Below, one piece after another: positions 1-11,044 of a stretch of 64,000 nt of DNA. Under the pieces are notes generated by a model, which had not been told where the DNA came from, made no database searches, and was given only the letters and a program-made list of their open reading frames with translations. Within the stretch, counting starts at the first letter, position 1, and each line of letters begins with the position of its first letter. The position numbers and the translations under genes are program-made. This DNA is from Heteronotia binoei (taxonomy: Eukaryota): assembly GCF_032191835.1 (NCBI RefSeq), contig NC_083240.1, forward strand, positions 21,700,001 to 21,764,000, in the 5' to 3' direction.

Positions 1-56
1 CCTGACCACCCCCCTTCCACAAGCTTTGTGGCCCAAGAAGAGCCGACTTTACTTAC

Positions 57-123
57 TCATCCCTAGGCGTAGGTTGAGCCAGCTACGAGGCGGGGACCCG
101 TACTTGGTCAGGGCCGAATTCAT
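57..123 (-). CDS. PLEKHG5: PLEKHG5 alternative first coding exon (MNSALTKYGSPPRSWLNLRLGM, phase 1)
   Basis: ATG at 123-121, strong donor A|GTAAGT at 56-51; peptide resembles the remembered human isoform N-terminus MNSVLTKHGSPPRSWLSL; expected syntenic position next to the NOL9 3' end. Confidence 0.8.
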
Positions 124-764
124 AGCCTTGCCTCTCACAGAGCAGATGACCCAAAGTAGCAGTGGTCACGGTACCATGGAGGGCCTTGCCTCAAAATCCA
201 CGCCGACAGAGCCAGGGTGAGCAGCCGGTGGGGCTAAGCTCCCTTTAGGAAGGAGTTAGCACTACGCTTCCCCCACCTCCAACTCCTGTGCCAAATTCAG
301 GCACAAGAGTGATTTGACTGGCTCAAGCTCTTTGACGAGAGAAAAGTAAAGGTCCACTCGACTGCTGTAAAGTCATGCCTCCGCTGATCCAGGCCTTCCC
401 CGGGTCTTGTATATTTTAGACCTGGCTTGCTAGGGCTGTCCGTTTCTTGAGCCTTTCCCAGACTGGATTCCCGCGCTGCCTCAGCTCTCGCTCCCCAGCC
501 TGGGCCTTCCCCTTTCCTGGCAACCTGCCACCTGCTTTCCCCTGGACGAACTCAGGCGTCACTGCCGCCGTCCTCAGCAGGTAAAGACATCATCGCCCTG
601 GTTTCTCTCCCCCCCCCTTCAAGCCTGCCCAGTCGCTCTTCCCTGACAAACCTCTCCTCCGACCACCCCCCCCTCTAGAAGCACACACAAAAAAATCAGT
701 CAGTGAAGCGGAGTCCCTTAGAAAAACTCAAGCTACAGGCCACTGAGCATCAGGGAGGCAGCAG

Positions 765-783
765 GATTGGTTGCCACAGCAAC
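765..783. promoter_or_regulatory. CCAAT box abutting an RFX X-box-like motif, candidate PLEKHG5 promoter module
   Basis: GATTGG (CCAATC on minus) at 765-770 overlapping GTTGCCACAGCAAC at 770-783, upstream of a GC/CpG-rich putative 5'UTR. Confidence 0.4.
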
Positions 784-1182
784 CAGCTACTCAGAAACAA
801 CTAGGGAAGCATCGCTGCACCCCTTGTTTCATCTCTTCCCCCCCCCCCCCCGCCCCCATACAGCCATTTCATATCCAAGGCATATTCAGTTTGGACATCT
901 CACCGACTCTGAAAGCCTGTGGTTGCAGAGTTCCCTCCCCACAAAAAAACAGGGAGGGAGCTAGAATAATTCAGGAGCAAGCTGAGGAGTTATGAATATG
1001 GGGGTAGGTTTGCCTGATTAGGCCCATGGTGACAGTTGTGGTCACAAAGGGCAAGTCAGATTGGGTCCAAACTAAGCGTCTGCGTGGTCTTGCTAATGAC
1101 ACTGGGTTCAATCCCAGCTGACAGCAACCCTCCAGAACTTTCCCAGAGTATTAAAGGGCTAGTCTTGCCTGGCCCGATTTTT

Positions 1183-1361
1183 CAGGGCTTCTTTTGTAGC
1201 AGGAACTCCTTGGCATATTAGGACATACCCCCCTCATGTAGCCAATCTCCCAAGATCTTACAGGGCTCTTAGTACAGGGCCTACGCTAAGCTCCAGGAGG
1301 ATTGGCTACATCAGGGATGTGGCCTAATATGCAAATGAGTTTCTGCTACTAAAAAGCCCTG
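1183..1361. mobile_element. hAT-type MITE (CAGGGCTTTT TIR family)
   Basis: Long imperfect terminal inverted repeats; related copies at 15160, 31163 and 32155. Confidence 0.75.
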
Positions 1362-3256
1362 GGTTTTATTAGGATTCTGAAACAGATATTTTATAAACGT
1401 ATGTCTCCTTCAACTTGACCGTCTTGACATTTTACATGTGATGTCCCCCCCTCCCCATCTCCTTACCGCACAGATGGCCCCCATATTTATTTTAGCCACC
1501 GTTCAGGGTAGATCGTCTGCCAAAGCTTTTTCTGCATTGCCAGACTTGGCCATATGGGGAGAATTAAGAACAGACAAAGCTACAATTTTAACCCTTCCAG
1601 AGGCAGCAGCGCAACAGATGCTGGCCTTAGCCAATAAGAGCTTTCGGCAGACTCCCCCAACACTGCTCCTCCCGCTCCCCGCAAGCCAAGCTTCCCTAGT
1701 TTCGGTCACTGTCCATGGACAATGAAGAGTTAACAGGAAACCAGTAGATTTCCCAGGGAAACAGACAAAAGTGTTTTTGAGGTTCTAAATCATGTAGAGC
1801 TGCTTTGAGGTAGCTGTCCATAGGAATCATAGTTCAGCCCCAAGGGAGATCTGGGCCACAAGGTTTGCACATCAAATACAGAGACACGGAGGGCTGTTTC
1901 ACACACTGCACGCTCCACACGGAAGACATAACTCCAACAGCTGCATGCATTTGCAAGCTTGGAAAGCTTTGATTCAAGACACCGTTCAGCTCAGTGGGCA
2001 ACCTTTGGCCAGCCAAGTCATTGTCTTTCAGCCTGACTGAGAAAAACTATGCCTCTCACACTGTGCTCTTTGGAGGAAGGGGGACAGTGTAAATAAAGGA
2101 ACCAAACAAGCACGTTTGTTGCATTAACTTGAAGACACGTGCTTAAATAATGTGTGGTTAGTATGTCATTTAAGACACCTTGCTTGGGATGGTTTTGCCA
2201 TTTCACAGAACTCTTTTTAACAGCTAGAACAAAAATGTGATGCTTCAGCCTCCAGTGAATCCGCCGGCAGGCACTTTCCACCAGACTCCACAAATGCATC
2301 TTGGAAAGCTCCCTTGGGAGTGCTACAGCAATGCCATTGCCTGAAAGGCATGCTCTGAATCCCTTGTTTCCAGATGCATGCCAAAGCACATGCACGCAGG
2401 CTCCTTGACTAGAATTACAAAGTTGCTCTGCCCCCCAACTCTGGAGGGCCTGTACCAGACCATGAGCCAGTTCTGTTTATATGTTCAAGGATCCAAAGCA
2501 ATTACCCATCCCCTGCCTAAAAGACAAAACACTTCAGTTGTTAAAACCCTGAAAGTAGAAATAAAAGCAGCCTAAATCCTCCTCTGGTTAGATTCTTTCA
2601 CTGCTGCCCAACTCTGGGATAAATGGCCCACGACAAACACTGTTCGAATGAAAACCTTGTAAGCTCATTTCGGCCTTTTTCAATGCACAATGACATCTCC
2701 TGATGCCAGCATTCTTTGAGAAACCATGCAAAGCCCTCTCGAGACATTTAACTGGTTTTAAAACATGAGCTCTGAGCCTGCACGAAGGTCTTCCAAAACA
2801 CCCAAGCCGCTGGACTCTCTAAAGGGATGGTGCTCCCCCTGCAGGGAGCTAGTATATAAATCAAAAACCAGGCATCTTCCTCTCAGGCATCTAAACTGGA
2901 TTTGGCGGAAAGAAGGGGAAAAGCCAGTATTAACAACTAGCGCAGACTCTCAAAAAGGAGACTGGTCACACACAGAACTCCAGAAGTGATACATCAATAA
3001 GAGGAGTCATCTCACTGGCTACCTTTGGGTGAAATTCTGTATCCAGAAGAATAGAGTCCGACACCAAGGAGTTTACACCAGATTTTAATTTACATTAAAC
3101 AAAAAAAAAACTCGGTGGGGATGGGAGGGTGGGATATAAATCGAATAAAATGAAATTAAATGAAATTAACAAAAACTCAGTGGACCAGGATTATGCTGTT
3201 AGCCATAAATATAGTCACTTTGCTGTGTCCCTGCCAACAAGGCTGGGAAAAGGAAT

Positions 3257-3373
3257 TTATGGTCCAAAGTGCTCTCTTCTCTTAAGATTCTTGTTCCTTT
3301 TCAATTTCCCAGCACCTGAAATGCCATGGTTATACTCTGACGTGACATATGGTATTTCCCCTTCAATTCCCAG
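3257..3373 (-). CDS. NOL9: NOL9 exon 12 (terminal; LGIEGEIPYVT...HFGP*)
   Basis: tttttcag acceptor; matches the NOL9 C-terminal GIEGxxPYVT motif; stop at 3259-3257. Confidence 0.92.
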   Translation of the reverse strand: MGIEGEIPYVTSEYNHGISGAGKLKRNKNLKRREHFGP

Positions 3374-4607
3374 CTGAAAAAAAAGAAAGAACAAGGATTG
3401 TGTTATTGTCTGGGTCACTTCTCTCCCTACCACGCCCCTAGGCAAATGCCACCAAGAGACTAACTGTGAATTTCTAAGGCAAAAACACCGGCAGGCATAC
3501 AGGTAGACCTTTCGATGGCTGAAAAGCTGAGCGATGGGACAGGCTGAATGTGGTGTACGGAAGATGAGACAAGGAGAGGGGAAACTGTTATTTTTTTCTG
3601 GTTAATGAAACTCAGACTAAGTGACAGGTGTGAAGGACTGACCAAAGAAGCCCTTTGCCATGCCATGCATGATTAGGGTACGTTGCCACAAGATGTCATG
3701 AAAGCCACTGGCTTAGACGCACTCATCCAGGAGAAGACGCCTCTAAAGGGCTATTAGCCATGACAGCCCAATGGAACCTCCCTGAGCTCAGAGGCAGTGA
3801 CACTTCTGGTTGTCAGATGCTTAAGACAAGGGACTGCGGACCTGTTGTTTCCGTGCCTGGCTTAGGGGTTTCTCTGCATACATAGGGTAAGCACTGGGAT
3901 CTCTCCCTTGCCTTTATCATGGCATCCCAAACCACTGCACAGGCTACAGCTGTGTCAATACAATTGTTATTGAAAAATCTGCAAGCTTTGCAAGTAAAAA
4001 GCAAAAAGGTGGGAAAACAGAATTCTGGATTCATTTCCCGGCATCTCCTGCATTCTGGCTGGGGAAAGAACTTCATGCCCAGGACTTCCTAAAGAGCTCC
4101 TGGCTTACCAGTCCTGGACCAGACAGCCCAATGGGTAGTTTCATTATAAGCAACATGTACTTATACCCAAGGCTGGGCATATTCTGAACAGGTGTGGGGA
4201 TGGGGGGAATTCGCATCTTGTGCTCAGGCCATTCAAACTAGACAACAGACTAAATTCTGTCTCCCTGTGCTAAATTACATAAAGCAAGAGAAATCACACA
4301 TTCAGGTTTTGCTAGTCATTATGAATAAAGGGAAATAAACATAGAATACAATGACGCCTCTGAAAACCTTGCTCAGCCACCCCCTGGTTTCACTAGAGGC
4401 CATGCACTTTCATACATTCCTTGCAGTCATAACTGCTAGAGATTTTTTTAAAGGAAAGCCAATACCACACTCTGCACTTTTCTCTGCTATTCCACAGGCT
4501 CGTGGCAACACACAGCTCTGCTCTCATTTGCCACTTCTGAATCCTACTCTGCCTCCAAGGAGCACAAGGCAACTTGTGCGGCAATGATCTCATTCTATGC
4601 CCTGCAG

Positions 4608-5000
4608 CAAAGGTCCCCAACCTTTTTGAGCCTGGCGGCACCTTCAGAATTCTGACACAAGGTGGTGGGTGCAACCACACCATGGCCGCTGCCAAAGGCA
4701 GAGCCAACCACACAATGTCAGAGAGTGAGGTTATGCATAATTCTAATAACTTCGCATTCCAGGGCAAAAAAACCCCTGTGTTTTAACAGGATGCCTTTTT
4801 AAAAGAACATACTGTTTTAAAATGCTTTCTTGCATACATTCAGCTTACCTTCAGTGAAAGCACTGTGCAGTGGTGGCAGCTGTTGCCAAGGCAAAACTTA
4901 AAAAAGAAAATATCTGCAAAGCCAATCAGGCCAAACCCACTTTCTAAAGACATTTGGTGAGTTGGAGTGGTGCCCATGGGCACCATGTTGGGGACTGCTG
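4608..5000. mobile_element. hAT-type non-autonomous DNA transposon
   Basis: TIR CAAAGGTCCCCAAC / GTTGGGGACTGCTG; 8-bp TSD ccctgcag / ccctacag. Confidence 0.75.
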
Positions 5001-5672
5001 CCCTACAGTACTTAATACTACTACTAAGCATTCCCACAGCTTTTTCAAGCATTTCACGTAATCTTGTTGTAATCCCTACACTGAAACTTTAAGGCACGTT
5101 AGGATGACTGTATTGCAGATGGCAGGACAAGGCCAAGAGAAAGCAGCTTGACAAACACCACTTGACCAATGCCACGCATTATGTTTACAGCAGATATGAG
5201 ATCTAAACGGGGCCTCCTAGGTTCACAACTCAGTATTTTAATCACTAAGTTCCAACAAACACCTCAAACAGGCTTGCTCTACTCCAGTCAGAGGATTTTG
5301 TATCTTAGCTTATTAGAACCTGAAGTCCATGCTTCCCCCAGTTCTACTTAGCATTAGCTCTAGGGCCAAAGTACATTATATACTTGGCCAGAAATCAGGT
5401 TTGGGGAACTCTGACTTGCTTTGCCTCCATCCACACAACAACTGCAGGAACTTATCCAAATGCTGCAGGGCCTGATTTGGATTGGGGCTCCAGTGCCAGG
5501 AGAGACTCCAGCCTCAGGCCATTTTCCTGAGTCAAAATGAGTCAAAAGGTTATCTGCCCCATAAGCAGATCTGCTTCTTGCTGTCAGAACACACCTGCAG
5601 CCCATGTGCTAGTTTTAAATTACAGATGTGCAGACCATACATTCAGCTACCGAGTGTCCAACTTATCCTTAC

Positions 5673-5806
5673 TTGGTTCAGGAACACGCAGTTAGGAACA
5701 GGGATATTTCCAATCAGTAAACAATTCACCAGTCGTAAATTCTCTGGAGCTACTGGGGTCAGAATATGATAGAGTTTCTTGTCCATGTCCACCCCTCGGA
5801 CAATTC
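5673..5806 (-). CDS. NOL9: NOL9 exon 11 (GIVRGVDMDKKLYHILTPV...)
   Basis: 134 bp, AG/GT bounded, phase-consistent; Clp1/Nol9 C-terminal motif. Confidence 0.95.
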
Positions 5807-6710
5807 CTGCAAAACAGAAAAGGGGAGATATTACAATTGTTACTTAGCAAGGCAGCAGTATGTCTGGAATTCTAGAAATTCATCACAACTCAACAGAAAT
5901 CATAATTCAGGGGACAGCAATTTGTTTCACTCTCCAAGCCACAGGGGAGCTAATCCATCTAGTTTGATAAAGATCTATAGCACAATTTGAGTATCAACCC
6001 AGAGAGATGCCAGCGGCTGCTAACAAATTCCACTCATGCTCTTATTCTTAACCAGCATTCGTTCCACAAACAAGAAAACCCCAATTCAATACACATCAGA
6101 TAAAGAGCTACTAAGACCTGAGCCGAGCCAGAAAACCACACTCCTGATTGCTGGAAGCTAAGCTCAAAGCACCCTTTTGTCTCCGAGTCTTCAGCATCTA
6201 TGGCTCACATACCATCAGAGCTATGTCCCAATAAGGATTAGAAGGTGGTGTGGAAGGAAAAAAAGCTGAATGAAGGGATTCAAGGAGCCATGCATCAGCA
6301 TGCAGAGAAATCCATGCAATCTTGTCTGCAAGTGAGAACCCCAACATATAGCGGCGTCACAAACATGCTCATCAGTTCACCACTAGCAGTTTATTTTTCA
6401 ATCCAGTGAGAGCCCCCCACCCTTTATGGAGCTTGAGAAAGGTCAGGGTCCTCCCTGACCTCACGCTAACTACCGACAAGCTCTTCAGCTGCTCTGAGCT
6501 TGAGTTTCTCTGTGACATCGCAGACTGAAGCCCATCCCAAACAAGATAGAGCAGAGGCCTGCTGAAATTTGCAGACCACTGCCCAGTGTCTGAAATGTTT
6601 CTGAACTATTCCCATGCATACCTCGGTCAACTGCTCTAGTCTTGCATGAAACCTAGATTCCGGAACACGGAGTCATAACAAAGTGGTAAGATTGCCCTAA
6701 CACTGCTTAC

Positions 6711-6888
6711 CAAAGCCCAGGCAATCACAGATTGGTGTCTGCGTTAATAAGACTGGTCCATCGGCTTTACCCTGGACCTCATCTGGTAACTGGCAGAGGC
6801 CAACCCAGCTGGCATTGACGGAATACAGTATGTGGGCAGGAGCAACATCTGTATGAATAACCTTGATTGAAACAGCACTGAAGGGTAC
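6711..6888 (-). CDS. NOL9: NOL9 exon 10 (VPFSAVSIKVIHTDVAPAHILYSVNASWVGLC...CDCLGF)
   Basis: 178 bp, AG/GT bounded, orthologous peptide. Confidence 0.95.
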
Positions 6889-7174
6889 CTAGAAAAAATT
6901 AATAAATGTGTGAATATATAGTCAGACAGAAAAGTCATTTTGTTGCAGAGAGAAGGGGGAAAATAATGGAAATGAGTTTGCTATACTAGTCAAGAATGGA
7001 AGGTCTACTTGACAGGCATACAATACTGCCCCCATTGGACAAGCAGCAGCAGATTTTTGGGGAGGTGGACAGCACAGCAGCAGAGCACATGCCTGGCACA
7101 GAAAAGCGGCACATTCAATGCCCAGCACCAGCACTCTAAAAGACAACTATCTTGTGTGTCTGGCTGATCCCAAG

Positions 7175-7390
7175 GAAGTAGTAGTACTAGAAGTAGATTG
7201 TAGATTTATACCCCGCCCTTCTCTCTGAATCTCAAAGCAGCTTACAATCTCCTTTATCTTCTTCCCCCACAACAGACACCATGTGAGATGGGTGAAGCTG
7301 AGAGAGCTCTCACAGAAGCTGCCCTCTCAAGAACAACTCCTGGAAGAGTTATGGCTGACCCAAGGCCATTCCAGCAGCTGCAAGTGGAGG
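7175..7390 (-). mobile_element. Squam3-like SINE, 5'-truncated
   Basis: Shares body and tail with seven other copies in the window. Confidence 0.75.
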
Positions 7391-7391
7391 C

Positions 7392-7795
7392 CTTAGAAAT
7401 CCTGAACCCAGAGTATCCAGAGGTAGTTCTGGAGTGGAGCAAGACTAATACATTGAAGCTTAATCCTAACAACTTGGAAGTGCTACAGGGTGAGTGAGAA
7501 GTCCGACCTGGGACTTAAGTTGTCCTCCATTCTGTATGGGGCTGTGCTCCCCTTGAAGGAATGGTGCCATGGTTTGGAGGTGCTCTTGGATCTAAGAAGC
7601 CTACTGCTGAATAAGTGGGTGGCAGCTGTGGCCAGGAGAGCCTTTTACCAGCTCTGACTGGTTAGCCAGCAGCCACCTTTCCTGGGCAGAAAAGTCCTGG
7701 CCACTTTGGTGAATGCCTTGCATATAGGAGACTGCAACGCACTCTATGTGGGGCTGCCCTTGAAAAGTGTTCAGAAACTTCAAATGGCGCCTAGT
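7392..7795 (+). mobile_element. L2 LINE RT fragment (degenerate)
   Basis: Remnant peptides LKLNPxxxEVL and DCNALYVGLPLKSVQKLQ. Confidence 0.7.
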
Positions 7796-8148
7796 GTTCC
7801 CTCCTTCCTGCTCTATATTTCAATCAATTTTATGGTTTTGTGAGTGTATTTTAGTTTTAGCTTTGTTTTCAGGATATGGGGTTTTTCCCCCTGGTTCTAA
7901 AATGTTTTTTTTTACAGATGTGTTTTTATTATGCTTTTAATCTGTTAACCAACCTGGTGAGGACAGAAAGGCAGGGTATAAATTCTGTAAATAAGAACAA
8001 ATGAAAATAAATGATAAGAAAACCTGAATAGGCAAGCTCAGAAAAGATCTCAACTCTGACTCCTGACTGATTAAATAAGTCCTTGGTGGCTCCTTTCCCA
8101 CCCCCAGGTCCTGTTCAGCAAGCCCTTAGCACAGGCCCTGCCTTTTAC

Positions 8149-8260
8149 CTGATAGGGCACCAGGCTGTGCAAAGGAAGCACCAAGTCCATGTTGGGGGGC
8201 TGCAACTGAGCCAGGTAAGCTAGGATGGTCATGTCCCGGAGGACACTTCTGTGGGTTCGC
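8149..8260 (-). CDS. NOL9: NOL9 exon 9 (RTHRSVLRDMTILAYLAQLQPP...PYQ)
   Basis: 112 bp, AG/GT bounded, orthologous peptide. Confidence 0.95.
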
Positions 8261-10297
8261 CTGGAAGAGAAACATGAAACACAGCCAAAACTGGAGTGCG
8301 CCCTGGAAGCACAGCCTGTGCCACAGGTTTTCAATGTACCGTAAGTGTTTACATCCTCAGAATCAGGTGAAAACAGCCCTATTTCAGTGCCAGTTATGAT
8401 TCAGTGCATTAATCCAGAATAAACTGTAGCAAGCGAGAACTGTGCAAACATGCCCTTGAGTTTTTGTTCTTCCAGCGCCTAAAAGGACGAGCAGGCTACT
8501 AACAATGCTGTGGGCTAAGGAACTTTTCTGTACCAACCTGCAAGGCTGCATCAGTCAACATCTAGATTCTGAAAGGGAGCCTCTGTTCTGCTGCCCACTG
8601 TTTACAACTCTGAGGCCGCTTTCAACATGATATCCGTGGCATGGAAGCTCCACGAGGCCTGGCTCTCAGCCACCCTGTCAGAGGTAATGCCTGACAGCAG
8701 CGAGGGCAGCTCTGGCACTGGAAGGAGCTGCAACAAAGACTCCCACATGGTCTGAGGCTTCCGACATTACCACATTGCTGTGGGTGGCTCTTTCCCACAC
8801 CGCTGAGATCATGCTGGAATAACTTAGTTTGGCTGATCTCTCAAGAAACTGGACATCAGCATCCAACAACATGAATCCCCATGAAGGGACTTGCCTTATA
8901 CGTTTCTTGAATACATTAATGTCAAGAGTCACTCCATCTTGTTCCTCGTCATGTGTATTCAATGCTAGGCTGTGCTTCAATGCTATGCTGCGCTTGCAAT
9001 GCCTTTGACATAACTGTAACTTGTTACTTATCTGGAGGGATGGCATGTCTGGGAGTTAGCTAGTTGCTAGGTAACCAAGGGCAAGAGCTGGAGGAGATGT
9101 GAACCATGAACTGATAGAAAGCACCTGTGGTGATGAGAGCTTTGCAAAAACCCCACTTTTGCTTGGTGCGTTTTGGCTTGAATTATAATGGTCAGGGCAA
9201 AGATTTATAAGTTGGGGGAACTGACTGGACTTCCGGGGTTGGAAAATGCCGAGCTGAACTGCTTCTCAGAAGGGGAGCAGGTTGGAGCTTCTGTTCGGAG
9301 TAGTGGAAGGCCATCTAATGCCTACTTTTCTCAGTCAGAGATCAGTCCAAGATATGCACAGGAAACTTTGAGGAGATTTACCTTGTCTAAAAGGGAGTCC
9401 CCGGGTGGGGGGGCTCCTTTGAGGCTTTGAGTGATCTCGAGAGACGAGTTGCATTTTCATCATCTGCAGAAGTTTCCAGAGTCATTTATTTGACATAAGC
9501 TCGACAGGATCCTAATCTTCTTTGATACTGCTAAACATCTAAAGCTATACAAGACTGGTGTTGATCTGGATAACTACAGAAAAGGTACAGATTGCTATCT
9601 TTCATTCCGGGACTAATTAAAGTTAAACAAAATAAAATCAGAAGGTGGGAAATTGAAATCTAGAAAGCTTGGAAGAAGAAGGGGAGAAGGGGTGAAATTT
9701 GGACTTCATAAATTTAAAGGACAGTGCTAAAAAGTGGAAAGGAATTTATTGTTTTGTCTGCTTGTGGTTTTGAAGAAAAAGCCCCATCGTCATAGACTTG
9801 CAGCTCCCACAGCCGACACAGGAAATACATCAAGTATCGTGAGATCCCTCTACTAGCGAAAACGGGATTTGATGGAAAGCAAAGCAGGAAGTATCGGATG
9901 GAAAAGGGAAATCATTAAAGCAGCCAGCCTACTCTAGGACTATAATATCATAGAAAAACATTGGCGGCCATTGCTAGGAGGTTAAAAATTAAATAAAATT
10001 TTTAAAGTGTTCGGGATATTAAAAATTGTTGGAGCCGACAGAGGTGACGATTATAAGGTAAATACTATTGGACATTACTGTTAATAACCATTTTAGAAGC
10101 CTCTAGAAGAAAAAGGAAATGAGGCAGAAAGTTGCGACCACCATTTTGGAAAAAATGAAAACTTTAAAAATTAATATCTGAGCCCAGGAGGCTCTGAGGA
10201 CAGTGAAATTAGGCTTATTGAAAAGAGCAAGCCTCACTCTTTTAAATCTGATAGCTGAAATTTAATTTGGTGAGGTCAACATTTTCGGTGTTTTTAC

Positions 10298-11036
10298 ATG
10301 TCAGACCATAAGCAAACCCGAGCAAGGACTGCTTCACTGGAGAAAATGCAGGACCAATTAGATGCAATGGAAGCCAGGATAATGAAAGGGATGAAGGAGA
10401 TAACTGCTTCCAAAAAAGAAATTAGAAAAGATATTGAAGAGCTAAAAAAAGATAGAGGATCTCAGAAATGAGACTGTGGTGACATCAAAAAGGTGGAAGG
10501 GAAGAGTGAAAGTACATGATTCCACCTTGTTAAAAATACAAGAAAAAGTGGCAATTCATGACTGCAAACTGATGGAGACCCAGATACGTCTGAGAGGAGT
10601 ACCTGAGGATAAAGAAACTGATTTGAAAGAATATATAATAAAAATAATTGCAGAATTTTTGGAGGAAGATCCTGAAGGGACTAGAAACATGTATGACTAT
10701 ATGTATAGAATGAACTCACTATATGCCAAAAAAAATAATCTACCAAGAGATGTGGTTATAAGATATATGACAAAAGAAATGGTGGGAAAGATCATGAATA
10801 AAAACTTTGAAAAGACATTGATAGTGGGAGGCAGCAGAGTAAGAATTATGAAGGAATTGCCAAGACAAGTGATAAATGACAGAAGAGCATATAAGACATT
10901 GATAGAAAAATTACTGGACAATGAAATGAGGTATAGATGGATAATACCTGAAGGTTTGAGCTTTGAGCTACAAGGAAAAAGGATTACAATTACAAGCACA
11001 CAGGAACTGCGTGGATTTTATGAAGAACATAAATAA
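10298..11036 (+). pseudogene. L1 ORF1 (coiled coil plus RRM; frameshifted)
   Basis: ATG at 10298; LRGVPE and LPRDVVIR motifs typical of L1 ORF1p. Confidence 0.8.
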
Positions 11037-11044
11037 TTTGCACC

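Noticed and set aside
2018-2989. ORFs between PLEKHG5 and NOL9
   Set aside because: Chance-length ORFs with no recognisable motifs or splice support.
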